A stretch of DNA of 64,000 bases from Candidatus Wolfebacteria bacterium (lineage in GTDB: Bacteria > Patescibacteriota > Minisyncoccia > Phycocordibacterales > NVSU01): NCBI GenBank assembly GCA_002401345.1, contig NVSU01000001.1, positions 68,476-132,475 of the forward strand. The letters run 5' to 3'. Position 1 is the first letter of the stretch, and every line of letters starts with the position of its first letter. The notes beneath the pieces are model-generated. The model was not told where the DNA came from and ran no database searches. It worked only from the letters and a program-made list of their open reading frames with translations. Both the position numbers and the translations under genes were made by a program. Of this stretch, positions 17,419 through 27,870 are shown piece by piece.

Positions 17419-19368
17419 GTGATTTATTTTACTATTATGGTGCTTTTTTTGTGCCCATTTTACCTCATGGTGAACAAAAATATTCCTACAACTAAAAAAT
17501 CTTCAAAGAGACTATTAAGAAAAAGAAAACGCGTATTCCTTCATCGCTTTGGCGCTATTTTAATTATAGTAATCCCGATCATAGTGATTTCTTTTTTAGG
17601 AATACAGCTTTACCAAGCGTCTGCATACAATGCATTCTATACAACAGACCTTAATCCCGAGACATTCAAAAATGATAGTTTGCCTCTTTATATTAACGAA
17701 GATCTAAATAAAGAAATATTTGGACAAGGTGGGGTGATAGATAATGAATATTATTTCGAAATAATCGGTTCACCTTTCGAATTCATCTGGCAACCAGAAG
17801 AATTTCCAATAAAAAAGGATGTACAAGTCAGCGCTACATTCAAAGGAAATACTTTTTTGGAACTTGGTATTCCCTGTATAGCATGCAACCAAGAAAACTA
17901 CAGATGGGAACCTTTTTATGATCCTCTTAAAAATCCTCCGGCAATAACTACATTATTTGAAAAGAATACAGAAAATAACTATACGAAGAATAGTATTACA
18001 GAAATAAAAAACGAGCTCGTCGGATCGCAGGTTTTTTATGTATATCTAGAAGACAAGATTGATCTTTCTATTACCAAGATTTCATTAAATCCACACAGTG
18101 CTGAAAAAAATATCCTGGTCACTCTAACTAATCTTGAAGGAACCATAGTATGGGAGGAGGAGCTCCCGCATGTTACGCATGAAGAAACATCATTCCGCTT
18201 TGAGGCAGCGCTTGAAGAAAAAGGTATCTATAAACTCTCTATAGTAAATTCTTTAGATGATTTCATTATCACTAACCTTTCTATTAATACACATGCCATT
18301 GCTTCAGCTGATACTATTCATTCAAAGATTACTATAGACACATCTATAGATGAATGGATCACTATCTCAAAACAAATAGAGGGGGAATTTAAAGACAAAA
18401 ACGCTATTAATTTTGTACTTAGAAATCAAATTTTAGAAGAAAAAAAGAAAAAAGAAGACATAATAAGAGAAAGGGGCTTTACGATAGCACAAGAGTTCAA
18501 AGATTTTTTGATTTGGAAAAAAGATAATGCACCAGTGCTTCATTTTGTAGTTCCAGACGAAGAGAGCACACTTCGCGAATTCCTTGCGCTCTCTATTCCT
18601 GAAAAAAGAGTGGTCGAGGAAAATAAAGATCTTGGAATTGTGCGGGACGCACCAGAGGGATTTGCGACAACACCGACAACCGTCAACACCGACTTGCGTG
18701 GTAATCACTCTTTTTATCTTTACCTCTCTGATTCATTTAGTTCCGACATATCAATAAAAGAACTCAATTGGTATGATGGCGCTGATGATATTACGATAAC
18801 GCTCAGTACAAAAAATGAAGGGAGGAAATTATGTCAAAGAACATTTTTTGACGACGGAAATGTCTCAACAGACAAACAAGAACATACAACAACTATTCCC
18901 TTTGAATGTAATAATCTTACTCCCGGAATATATCTTTTATCTTTCGAAGAGTCCTCATCAAAGAAAGATTATGTGATAAACAAACTCACAGTTAACACAA
19001 ATAAAATAATAGTTAAAAACGGTATTCTTAATTTACAACCACTACCACTCTACACTAATGTAACCACCGAAAAAAATATTAAATTCTACTACTGGCATGA
19101 GAACCTAGATCAAGAGATCACATTCACTTCAAAAGGAAAACAATTATCACTTTCATTAACAAAAGAAGATAAGGGTCGAGGAGTTTTTTATCCTTTGACA
19201 GCTGGATTATGGGAAATATATGCCTCTAAAGGTAATGCTGTTATTTCAAATGCTGATTTCGCTTTTTCACCTGAACATTGGTTTATCGTTGAACCGGATT
19301 ATATTGTTACAAAAAAAATAGATGACTCCACAATACTACTTAAAAATATAGCGATCACAGTACTATGA
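17419..19368 (+). CDS. Large membrane-anchored extracytoplasmic protein, hypothetical
   Basis: 649 aa with an N-terminal TM. 4-nt overlap with the next gene. The start may be the internal M at MVNKN. Confidence 0.45.
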   Translation: MIYFTIMVLFLCPFYLMVNKNIPTTKKSSKRLLRKRKRVFLHRFGAILIIVIPIIVISFLGIQLYQASAYNAFYTTDLNPETFKNDSLPLYINEDLNKEIFGQGGVIDNEYYFEIIGSPFEFIWQPEEFPIKKDVQVSATFKGNTFLELGIPCIACNQENYRWEPFYDPLKNPPAITTLFEKNTENNYTKNSITEIKNELVGSQVFYVYLEDKIDLSITKISLNPHSAEKNILVTLTNLEGTIVWEEELPHVTHEETSFRFEAALEEKGIYKLSIVNSLDDFIITNLSINTHAIASADTIHSKITIDTSIDEWITISKQIEGEFKDKNAINFVLRNQILEEKKKKEDIIRERGFTIAQEFKDFLIWKKDNAPVLHFVVPDEESTLREFLALSIPEKRVVEENKDLGIVRDAPEGFATTPTTVNTDLRGNHSFYLYLSDSFSSDISIKELNWYDGADDITITLSTKNEGRKLCQRTFFDDGNVSTDKQEHTTTIPFECNNLTPGIYLLSFEESSSKKDYVINKLTVNTNKIIVKNGILNLQPLPLYTNVTTEKNIKFYYWHENLDQEITFTSKGKQLSLSLTKEDKGRGVFYPLTAGLWEIYASKGNAVISNADFAFSPEHWFIVEPDYIVTKKIDDSTILLKNIAITVL

Positions 19369-21158
19369 TCCGTGAAATGCTTAAAAATAAATGGGGTCCT
19401 ACCCTTTTGGTGTATGTGGCAATCTATCTGATTGTCATTTTTTTAGATGTACGACTTGGTGGCTTTTTGAGCTTTTATTTTAATCCTGTAATTTTTCATT
19501 ATCTTTCACTTATCATTATTATTTCTCTTTTTTATGGTGTCACAAATGAATGGAAAAAAAATACACAGATAGCAAAAAGCCTAAAACATTTCGATGACGT
19601 GGATCAAAAAGAAAACAATCGACTATACGTTATACTATTGCTTATTATTTTTGCCCTGGGAACATTCCTAAGACTCTATCACCTAGGGGAACTTTCTCCT
19701 GCAGGAGATGAATATAGACACCTTCTTGCAATGAAACGTTTTTTAACTGATGGTATATTTGGCTACACTACCTCATCTATCACAACTCTTATTATCACGG
19801 GCGTAAAAAAAATTACCACAAGTGATTCACTATTTTTGCTTCGATTACCGTTTGCGCTTCTCGGATCACTTTCAATTTTACTTTTTTATGCGATCGGGAA
19901 AAAAATAGCAACTAGGCAAGTTGGTTTAATTGCAGCGTATCTTTTCGCATTTCTACCGCTTGCAGTAGGTCTTTCGAACTACATACGTGGGTATGAAATA
20001 GCGCTTTTTGTCTCCCTTGTTGCGATATATTTTCTATTTTCGCCTTATATAAAAAATCTATACTTCAAAATAGTTCTCTTTATTCTTAGTTTAAAGCTTA
20101 TTGCGTACTTAAATTCTGATCAACGTTTTGATGCAATGGTTATGTTCTTTGCTATCTTTGCACTCTTCTATGGAGGTCTCATGTTTATAGACGAGATTAT
20201 AAAAAATAAGCGATGGAATAACATCATCAAAATTACCGCCCCTTTTATTGCATTTGTTGCGGGAATTTCTATCATGCCACTTTTCTTTGAGTTTAGTTTT
20301 TCGAGGACAGTAGAATGGGGGTATCTTTTTTTAATTAATCATAGCTATTCCGATGTAACATGGTATTTTGAGATTATTCCGTTTATTGTGATAATATTTT
20401 TTATTATTAGTGCATTCTTTGCAAAAATTAAAAAGAAAAATGTCATCTATGCACTCTCTTTTACATTGATTTTTATCATCGCCATATTCATGTTTTATTT
20501 TGACGGACCAAAGCGATTTCAAGTACGCTATCTGTATCCCCTCTTTCCGTATTTCATCCTCCTTCTCTCCATTGGTATTTCCTCCGCATATTATATATTC
20601 AAAAGAATATTTAAGGTGGGAATAATAGAATACAGTATTGTCTCTGTCATTGTATTTATTACTATCTTTAGCCCTGTGAAAGCTTTTTATTTCACATTCA
20701 CGGAAACGAACGGAGAACACAGCAAACTAAATCAACTAACCTATTTACCAGACAAAGAACTTATAACATTTGTGAACGCTCACAATATCGATGTATCTAA
20801 AATCATAACCACGACACCGTGGGTTTTTGACTTTTATTATGACCAACCATTTTTAATGACAGGAGAACTTAATCAGTATGTGCACTTTCCCAAAGAATGG
20901 AATTATGAATTTGTGAACAGAACAAAGCTCTATAGCATTAGTGGTTTTCGATCTGAAGAAGAAATCAAAACAATAAATGAAATTATTGATACACGTGATA
21001 TAGAATATCTTATTTTCCATAGTCTGCCACAGCACTCAGATTACAGATATAGCTACGAGTACCCCCTTGAAACTATACGTGACACAGAGTTGGTAACTAT
21101 TATTGGAGAAAATAGTTCATATGGATATTACATATATAAAATCAATAAAGAATCATGA
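19365..21158 (+). CDS. Second GT39/ArnT-like polytopic membrane glycosyltransferase
   Basis: 597 aa. LRLYHLGELSPAGDEYRHLL with many TM helices. An extracytoplasmic C-terminal domain. Confidence 0.6.
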   Translation: MIREMLKNKWGPTLLVYVAIYLIVIFLDVRLGGFLSFYFNPVIFHYLSLIIIISLFYGVTNEWKKNTQIAKSLKHFDDVDQKENNRLYVILLLIIFALGTFLRLYHLGELSPAGDEYRHLLAMKRFLTDGIFGYTTSSITTLIITGVKKITTSDSLFLLRLPFALLGSLSILLFYAIGKKIATRQVGLIAAYLFAFLPLAVGLSNYIRGYEIALFVSLVAIYFLFSPYIKNLYFKIVLFILSLKLIAYLNSDQRFDAMVMFFAIFALFYGGLMFIDEIIKNKRWNNIIKITAPFIAFVAGISIMPLFFEFSFSRTVEWGYLFLINHSYSDVTWYFEIIPFIVIIFFIISAFFAKIKKKNVIYALSFTLIFIIAIFMFYFDGPKRFQVRYLYPLFPYFILLLSIGISSAYYIFKRIFKVGIIEYSIVSVIVFITIFSPVKAFYFTFTETNGEHSKLNQLTYLPDKELITFVNAHNIDVSKIITTTPWVFDFYYDQPFLMTGELNQYVHFPKEWNYEFVNRTKLYSISGFRSEEEIKTINEIIDTRDIEYLIFHSLPQHSDYRYSYEYPLETIRDTELVTIIGENSSYGYYIYKINKES

Positions 21159-22396
21159 ACTTCCTTCGAATAAAAATAAAAGAATATCTGGATAAAAATA
21201 AGTTCATGTCTTCTCTCTTTATTCATGGTATATGGATGACAATACGACAAGTGATTGTGCTAGGAAGTGGTCTTGCGCTCTCTATTGCTTTTGCACGACT
21301 TGCTACACAGGAAGTATTCGGACAGTATCAGCTCATCCTTTCAATACTCTCAGTTGTGTCAATTGTTTCCATACCTGGACTCAATATGTCTATATTAGGA
21401 TCAACGGCCCGTGGATTCGAAGGCAGCTTCACGCGCGCGGTGCGCACAAGCTTTCTCTGGAGTCTCATCGGTATTCCTGTGTTACTTGCTGTTGGTGGAT
21501 ACTATTATATATATGAAAATCCTACAGTAGGACTTGCATTTATGGCACTCTCTTTATTCTTTCCATTTCTCTACGCACCGAATACATGGGATTCATTCCT
21601 TCAGGGGAAAGAGCGTTTCGATGTTGCATCACGCTACTCATCAATTCAGGCACTCATAAATGCAGCCACAATAATAGCAATATTATTTTTATTTAAAGAT
21701 AATCTACTTCTTATTGTAGTGGCATATGCACTGACGCTCGCTTTCTTTAATATAGTCTGGTACAAAAAAAGTCTTCGGTATGTAGAAAATAAAAATGAAG
21801 ACAAGGAAACAATTCCCTATGGATGGTTTGTCACAAAAATACAAATTCTCTCACTGATTGCAGGTAATCTCGACAAGGTACTTATAGGAATATTTATAGG
21901 GCCTGTACAATTGGCGGTGTATGCAATTGGAATAAATTTTTCAAAAAAAATTCTTTATTTCGTAAAAAGCCTTCTCGGTGTTGCAACACCAACCATATCC
22001 AAGAAAAATACTGTGAGCATGAAACTCTACAGTAAGATTTTTATTCTTGCGACTATTTTTGCAGGAGCACTCTTTCTATTTATGCCGGTATTAATCCCAT
22101 TTCTTTTCTCGAACAAGTATGTTGATTCTATTTTGCTCTCACAACTCGTTGTAGCCTTTTTACCATTTTACATACTAAACATACTCTATAAAAACCATTT
22201 TCTCCTCTATTTAAAAAATAAACGTATCCTTTTCTATGAATCCATCATATTTCCTATCACAAAAATTCTTCTCATGATTCCACTCATCTATTTCTTCGGA
22301 ATTATCGGTCTTGCGTTCCTCATTGGATTCCAAAATATTCTTAATATGGCGGTGCTTTATCTTCTACACAAAAAAAACAAACAAGTGGTGAAATAA
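21155..22396 (+). CDS. Polysaccharide/oligosaccharide flippase (Wzx-like, MOP superfamily)
   Basis: 413 aa with about 12 TM helices. It sits in a glycan locus with a 4-nt overlap to the upstream gene. Confidence 0.5.
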   Translation: MNFLRIKIKEYLDKNKFMSSLFIHGIWMTIRQVIVLGSGLALSIAFARLATQEVFGQYQLILSILSVVSIVSIPGLNMSILGSTARGFEGSFTRAVRTSFLWSLIGIPVLLAVGGYYYIYENPTVGLAFMALSLFFPFLYAPNTWDSFLQGKERFDVASRYSSIQALINAATIIAILFLFKDNLLLIVVAYALTLAFFNIVWYKKSLRYVENKNEDKETIPYGWFVTKIQILSLIAGNLDKVLIGIFIGPVQLAVYAIGINFSKKILYFVKSLLGVATPTISKKNTVSMKLYSKIFILATIFAGALFLFMPVLIPFLFSNKYVDSILLSQLVVAFLPFYILNILYKNHFLLYLKNKRILFYESIIFPITKILLMIPLIYFFGIIGLAFLIGFQNILNMAVLYLLHKKNKQVVK

Positions 22397-22398
22397 TG

Positions 22399-22435
22399 AG
22401 CTCATAAGCTGAAAAAGTTTCAGCTTATGAGCTCA
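22399..22435. terminator. Bidirectional terminator, 17-bp perfect palindrome between convergent genes
   Basis: GAGCTCATAAGCTGAAA-aag-TTTCAGCTTATGAGCTC. Confidence 0.7.
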
Positions 22436-23047
22436 TTATTTCCTCACTTTAAGGATTATGTCCATACCGTAGCAAGAAAATGTATTTGAAAGATGTGCTT
22501 CGTAGAATTCTTGAGTACGTACATGAAGGTTTACAATTTTACCAAGAATATATTTTTTGAATACCATAGGAATGAAAAATGTGCCACTAAAATAAAGCCA
22601 TTGAGAGACAACCTCAAAATCTAGATCAGTGTAGAATGATGGCACCTGTCGCGTGAGCTTGTCTTGATTTTTTGAGTAATAATAAAATGTATAATATCCA
22701 AAAAATCGCTTATGAGTCGGATCAGAATAATAATACGGATTTGAAAAATGTGGGACAAATATATATATCATACCTCCGGGCTTCAATACACGGTGCATCT
22801 CTCTCATAAGTAAATCAAAATTATCAACGTGCTCAAAAAAGCTCTTGCTGTGTATTTCATCAACAGAATTATCAGGAGCAAACGATAATCCTTTCTCGAG
22901 GTCTGCAACAATATCAATCCCAGACAGTGGAAGCATATCGACAGTAATACGATCGGTACGAGAGGTAGGCCCGCTTCCCAAATCGAGAATAATCTTTTCA
23001 CCCTTTTCAATCTTATCCTTTATAATGTGATGTATTTGATTAGCCAT
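22436..23047 (-). CDS. Class I SAM-dependent methyltransferase
   Basis: LDLGSGPTS motif I. VLKPGGMIYIFVP. Confidence 0.7.
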   Translation of the reverse strand: MANQIHHIIKDKIEKGEKIILDLGSGPTSRTDRITVDMLPLSGIDIVADLEKGLSFAPDNSVDEIHSKSFFEHVDNFDLLMREMHRVLKPGGMIYIFVPHFSNPYYYSDPTHKRFFGYYTFYYYSKNQDKLTRQVPSFYTDLDFEVVSQWLYFSGTFFIPMVFKKYILGKIVNLHVRTQEFYEAHLSNTFSCYGMDIILKVRK

Positions 23048-23059
23048 AAATTTTATACA

Positions 23060-23091
23060 ACATTCTCACATTCTCAAGAATGTGAGAATGT
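23060..23091. promoter_or_regulatory. Operator-like perfect palindrome ACATTCTCACATTCT-caag-AGAATGTGAGAATGT, about 10 bp upstream of the methyltransferase start
   Basis: 14-bp perfect arms. The same motif recurs at 43348-43403 and, degenerate, at 30428-30465. Confidence 0.5.
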
Positions 23092-23092
23092 C

Positions 23093-23908
23093 TTAAGATT
23101 GTTGTTTATTAATAATATCCTTACATACAGAAATCCATTCACTCTTTTCTTTTCTTCCTTTTTTCCTCAGTAAGTAACCTCCCAAAAGAGGAATTTTGTA
23201 CAAATATTTTCTTTTTGTATGTATATACTTGTTTGCCCCAAGCGTTGACCCCCTACCAAAATGTGATGAGAAAATATGTTCATATCCTTTCAAATAATGC
23301 TCTGCGACACCAATACTATTTCTAAACGGACCATCTTTATATGTGCGCGTATTTCGAGCTCCTAATATAATCCCTTTAAATCCTGCTGCAAGATATTTTT
23401 CTCTCAATTCTGCGCCTGTATCCTCATGTAGCGATATATCACGTGGACGTAAATCAATATTTAAATCATTAAACGTCTTTGTTTCAAATAAAATGGCATA
23501 CATGAGTGGAAAATCTTTTGGCTTGTCTCCATCTGATTCTGTTCCCGCAACTTTTACCTTATCGTCGAATGTACTTATTAATATAGTGTCCCAGTCTTTT
23601 ATAAGCCATGTTGCATCTGCATCAAGTATTGAAAAATACAGAGTATCCACTTGTGTTGCTAAATAATTGAGCGCCGTACCATGCGCCATACTCCCGCGTA
23701 ACCCTGTGCTATTGCGTTCAAGTGACACATTCTCATACTCACTAATAATACGTTGCAATTTCTCATAATCTTTTGACTTAGAATCGTTATCCACAATAAA
23801 AACTTGATAAGGATTACGTGTAAGTTTCTTCAATCCGTACAAAGTATTTTCAATAAACTCAGCAGAATTAAAGTTCACTATTAAAATTGTTATGAGAGGA
23901 TTCTTCAT
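23093..23908 (-). CDS. Glycosyltransferase family 2
   Basis: ILIVNFNSAEFIENTL...VFIVDNDS (GT-A fold, DxD). Confidence 0.75.
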   Translation of the reverse strand: MKNPLITILIVNFNSAEFIENTLYGLKKLTRNPYQVFIVDNDSKSKDYEKLQRIISEYENVSLERNSTGLRGSMAHGTALNYLATQVDTLYFSILDADATWLIKDWDTILISTFDDKVKVAGTESDGDKPKDFPLMYAILFETKTFNDLNIDLRPRDISLHEDTGAELREKYLAAGFKGIILGARNTRTYKDGPFRNSIGVAEHYLKGYEHIFSSHFGRGSTLGANKYIHTKRKYLYKIPLLGGYLLRKKGRKEKSEWISVCKDIINKQQS

Positions 23909-24696
23909 GATATTTTTTTAATAATAATTTCCTGGTCCGGGTAAATGAATAATGTATGCTTGATAAAATTAAAGAAGAAACTCATAATATTCGTTTTCCT
24001 TTCAAGTGGTCTATATACGCGCATCCATTCTATATTCTTTTGCCTATTTAATATTTTATTAATACTCTTCTCTGTCACGAAATTTATCGTTTTTAAAAAC
24101 TTCCATGGTCTTCCTATTAGAATTAAATAAAAATATCCCAGTGGCTTCGGTAGGAATGTTGGAAATGGAATCTTATAATGCCCTTCATATGGATAGTTAT
24201 AATTTGGTGTATTGATATATATGTGGCCGCCTGGTTTTGTAATACGTATCATTTCTTGTATACATTTTTCTTCATCTTCCACATGCTCAATAACAGTAAA
24301 GCAATTCACGACATCAAATTGGTCATTTCCAAATGAAAGTTCCTCACCATATTCTTTTTTAAAATTATCAGAATTTATACCTGCCACAGTACATTTATCT
24401 TGGATAATTTCAAATTCTTCTTCATCGGGCTCGATGCCATATACGTCGCATCCGTACTCGCGAGATAATGTTATTGCAAGTCCTCCTGTCCCTGCACCAA
24501 AAATAAAATGCTTTTGAGTGGCTGTGAATTTCTTATTTAGAAGGGACTGCACTCTCTCGATCCTTTTCACTTCTTTATCCTCTTCATGTATTCTCTTTTC
24601 AACTCGCACTTCCCAATCAGGTAACCCACACAAATCTCTGTAATAGACCGTGTAATAATTTTTGATTTTCTTTTGTAATGCGCGTGAATACCTCAT
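23905..24696 (-). CDS. Class I SAM-dependent methyltransferase
   Basis: FIFGAGTGGLAI, ITKPGGHIYINTPN. Confidence 0.7.
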   Translation of the reverse strand: MRYSRALQKKIKNYYTVYYRDLCGLPDWEVRVEKRIHEEDKEVKRIERVQSLLNKKFTATQKHFIFGAGTGGLAITLSREYGCDVYGIEPDEEEFEIIQDKCTVAGINSDNFKKEYGEELSFGNDQFDVVNCFTVIEHVEDEEKCIQEMIRITKPGGHIYINTPNYNYPYEGHYKIPFPTFLPKPLGYFYLILIGRPWKFLKTINFVTEKSINKILNRQKNIEWMRVYRPLERKTNIMSFFFNFIKHTLFIYPDQEIIIKKIS

Positions 24697-25463
24697 TATA
24701 TTTTTTCTTTAATTTTTTGAATGAGCCACTCTCTACCGTAGAGTTTTAATTCCCGATCATGAAAATTGAAAAATCCTTTTGTATCATCTATAAACTCTAT
24801 TCCGTCCATTGATTCATTACTATCTATCATATAATTCTTAGAAATTATTTTTTTAATATTTGTATTCTTAAGCGCATTATATGTTTTTCTACTCCACACA
24901 TTGCCTGGTGGAACAAAAATATGTATAGACTTCTCGAAAAAATCTTCCAAAATATTCTGGGATCTCTGTATGTGCTCATCATGCATTTGCTGTGGAAGCC
25001 AATGCCAAAATTCTCTGTGAAATGTTTTATTAGATGACCAAAAACGAGGAGTGTGTTTACCAACCACACAATGCGTAAGTCCATGATTTGCAATTGTTAT
25101 TTTTCCTTTGAGAAATGCATCTTTGAGAAATTGTGCTTGTTTTGGAAATTTATCCGGAAATTCTACATATGTTCCATCATGCTCAACCCAGCATGCGGTT
25201 ACTGAAATAATTGGTGTGATATTGTAGTACTCAAATATGTCCAAGAAATCACTCCATTCCTCTTTGCTTACTTCGTTATATTTGGCCCATCCACGGAATG
25301 GCCATACTCTTTTAAAGAACCCTATATTTGCAATTGGAAAGTAGAAATACGGTACGCCAAGAAAGCGAAATATTTTTTTACCATATTGATTAAAATGCTT
25401 TGTTGAAGCGCCAATATCGTCTATACGAAATACAATTTCTTTTTTCATATTATTTGTGTGCAA
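24696..25463 (-). CDS. Putative polysaccharide deacetylase-like protein (DUF2334-type)
   Basis: RIDDIG near the N-terminus and an NHGLTH motif. Confidence 0.4.
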   Translation of the reverse strand: MHTNNMKKEIVFRIDDIGASTKHFNQYGKKIFRFLGVPYFYFPIANIGFFKRVWPFRGWAKYNEVSKEEWSDFLDIFEYYNITPIISVTACWVEHDGTYVEFPDKFPKQAQFLKDAFLKGKITIANHGLTHCVVGKHTPRFWSSNKTFHREFWHWLPQQMHDEHIQRSQNILEDFFEKSIHIFVPPGNVWSRKTYNALKNTNIKKIISKNYMIDSNESMDGIEFIDDTKGFFNFHDRELKLYGREWLIQKIKEKI

Positions 25464-26055
25464 TTATTAATAATCCTGAATAATAATCGGGATGTGTGCG
25501 TCTTTGTAAAAAAAGAACAAGAAACAAATACAAAGGATAGAGCACATATCGAGCTGGTACAAATCGTATGTGTTTTATTTTTCCTCGTACAATGTCGAGT
25601 ACAACTGAATATGCATTACCTATATGAAGGACATTTACATTTGAAAAACTACCAAAAAGCTCTCTGACATAACGTTTCGTAAATCTCATTCTGTCTCCAT
25701 GATCTTTATACACAAATGGAATTGAGGTGACGATACTGCCACCACTCTTAAGTACCCGATACATTTCAGAGAGTGCGCGGCGTGGTGATTTAATATATTC
25801 AAGAACCTCAATGCACATAATTGAATCGAAATACTCATTAGGAAATCGAAGATTATTTATATCACCTTTTATAATGTCATTTTCACTATCGGCAATACTA
25901 TCAATTGCAATTGGCTTGTTCTGTAATAAGTGATCGTATCGTCTGTTTTTTGACCCAACATCAAGTACAGTACCCGAAAGTTTTGGCAACCACTCATTCA
26001 AATGGTTCTCAAGTTCTATTCTATGTGCTGATTTTTTTATATATTTTGTAATCAT
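25450..26055 (-). CDS. Class I SAM-dependent methyltransferase
   Basis: VLDVGSKNRRY, VLKSGGSIVTSIPF. Confidence 0.7.
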   Translation of the reverse strand: MITKYIKKSAHRIELENHLNEWLPKLSGTVLDVGSKNRRYDHLLQNKPIAIDSIADSENDIIKGDINNLRFPNEYFDSIMCIEVLEYIKSPRRALSEMYRVLKSGGSIVTSIPFVYKDHGDRMRFTKRYVRELFGSFSNVNVLHIGNAYSVVLDIVRGKIKHIRFVPARYVLYPLYLFLVLFLQRRTHPDYYSGLLIIAHK

Positions 26056-27131
26056 GGTGTATGCTCCTTAAATCCTAATTCTTTATCGACATCTAACATC
26101 TGAGCGATAATTGAAATTCCCCACAAAAACAGACATGTTCCGTGGATATCTGGCTCATCAAACCCACGTGTGATACGCGCTTCATAATAGAAACGATTCG
26201 CCTTGTGATGACTAAATGAAAATCCACCGCGCTTTGGAAAATAGTATTGTCGATATATGTCCAAACGTCGTCGGGCAGCCTCTTGTATTTCTCGATTCCT
26301 ATATGACCCTCTGAGCATTTTATTTGCGTAATTAAGCACATAAATAATATTAAAGTTGTCACATGCCTGTCGGTTATTGTCCGCTTCTAAACATAAATCA
26401 ATTAATTTATCAGGATAGTGAAAATACATCCTTTCTGCTGCTTTTAGTCCTGTGAGTATTTTCATTGCCGCATTTACTTTCTGCACATGCGTGGGAGCTC
26501 CCTTATACCACGATCCATCTTCTCTATTTTGGATCTTATGTACCCATGCGACCGCAAAGTCAATTAACGCCTCTTTATTTTTAAGGTCGCTATGTTTTAA
26601 AAAGAATAAAAGATGAGAAAAATGACTTCCTGCTCCCCATGGTTTTGTCCAATCTAATATTTTAAGATATTCATCTATTTCTTCTTCTGTGTGGGGAATA
26701 TTTTTATATGAAATGGTCGGCGTAACTTCAAGTATGTTGAGTGCGGAAAGTGCTTGGCGTGTTTCCGCACGAATTGTCTGTGTATGAAAAAAATTGTTGA
26801 AATCACGATGCTTTACTACGCCTGCTTTTTCTCGAAGCCATGCTTTTTTCTTTATAAGCGGATCATATATACTGCCATCATCAATCTGAAAGCTTTTTAT
26901 AAAATCTGCCATATTTTTTTTCTCTTCTTCAGAAAGTGTGTCTAATATTCCAAGCATATAATAATTTTTAACTGCAAACACAGTATTGCCAAGTCCCCAG
27001 TATTTTTCCTCTCCATACAAATCACCAGTCAGAGAATATCTGAAAAATCCGGAGACAGAAGTTCCCTTCATTGTTTCTAAAAAACGAGGGATATCTTTTT
27101 TTAATGTAAACAACCATTCAGTATTGTTCAT
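26052..27131 (-). CDS. Hypothetical protein with prenyltransferase/squalene-oxidase-type repeats (alpha/alpha-toroid-like)
   Basis: Repeated QxDDGS/EDGSWY motifs. The true start is MNNTEWLF at 27131; the ORF extension to 27449 overlaps the upstream SDR gene. Confidence 0.3.
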   Translation of the reverse strand: MNNTEWLFTLKKDIPRFLETMKGTSVSGFFRYSLTGDLYGEEKYWGLGNTVFAVKNYYMLGILDTLSEEEKKNMADFIKSFQIDDGSIYDPLIKKKAWLREKAGVVKHRDFNNFFHTQTIRAETRQALSALNILEVTPTISYKNIPHTEEEIDEYLKILDWTKPWGAGSHFSHLLFFLKHSDLKNKEALIDFAVAWVHKIQNREDGSWYKGAPTHVQKVNAAMKILTGLKAAERMYFHYPDKLIDLCLEADNNRQACDNFNIIYVLNYANKMLRGSYRNREIQEAARRRLDIYRQYYFPKRGGFSFSHHKANRFYYEARITRGFDEPDIHGTCLFLWGISIIAQMLDVDKELGFKEHTP

Positions 27132-27132
27132 A

Positions 27133-27870
27133 TTATTCGCTCGAAAGACGTGCAAGTACGCCACCATCAACAATAAATTCTTGTCCTGTAATAAATGCAG
27201 ATTTTTTATTATCTGCCAAAAAATAAATGAGTTCTGCAATATCATTTGGAACACCGATTCTACCAACTGGATGTTTTGCAGCAAGATTTTCATTAGTAAT
27301 CTTATTTCTTTTAAGTCCATCCTTAAGCATATCTGTATCAATAGCGCCTGGAAGAATTGTATTGACCCGAATTCCATCGTTAGCAAATTCAAGTGCCATT
27401 GCGCGAGTGAGAGTAGAAAGCGCTCCCTTTGAGGCAGCATATGCAGCAATATTAAGAGAAGTAGCAGTAGAGTGAACTGAGCTTATGTTCACTATAGAAG
27501 CCTTATTTTTCTTTAGTGCTGGGTGGAAAAATTTGGCAATCAAAAAGGCAGCGCGAGTATTAACATCAAACGTTTTATTCCATTCTTCCACAGTGGTATC
27601 GAGAATATTTTTTGAAATCTGAATTGCCGCATTATTAACAACACACCCAAGACGTATCTCTTCTTCTTGTATTTTTATACTTAGTCTTTCGATTTCATCT
27701 GGATCAGATAGATCAATATTATAAAATTCATCGATAAAATTTTTTTTGCCGTTTGATTTTTTATAATCAATCCCGATCACATACCATCCTCGTTCCTTAA
27801 ACAATTCGGCAATGGCACTTCCTATACCCCCCAATACACCCGTAATAAGTATCGTTTTTTTATGTATCAT
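27133..27870 (-). CDS. Short-chain dehydrogenase/reductase (SDR family oxidoreductase)
   Basis: TGVLGGIGSAIA Rossmann motif. YxxxK in YAASKGAL. Confidence 0.8.
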   Translation of the reverse strand: MIHKKTILITGVLGGIGSAIAELFKERGWYVIGIDYKKSNGKKNFIDEFYNIDLSDPDEIERLSIKIQEEEIRLGCVVNNAAIQISKNILDTTVEEWNKTFDVNTRAAFLIAKFFHPALKKNKASIVNISSVHSTATSLNIAAYAASKGALSTLTRAMALEFANDGIRVNTILPGAIDTDMLKDGLKRNKITNENLAAKHPVGRIGVPNDIAELIYFLADNKKSAFITGQEFIVDGGVLARLSSE

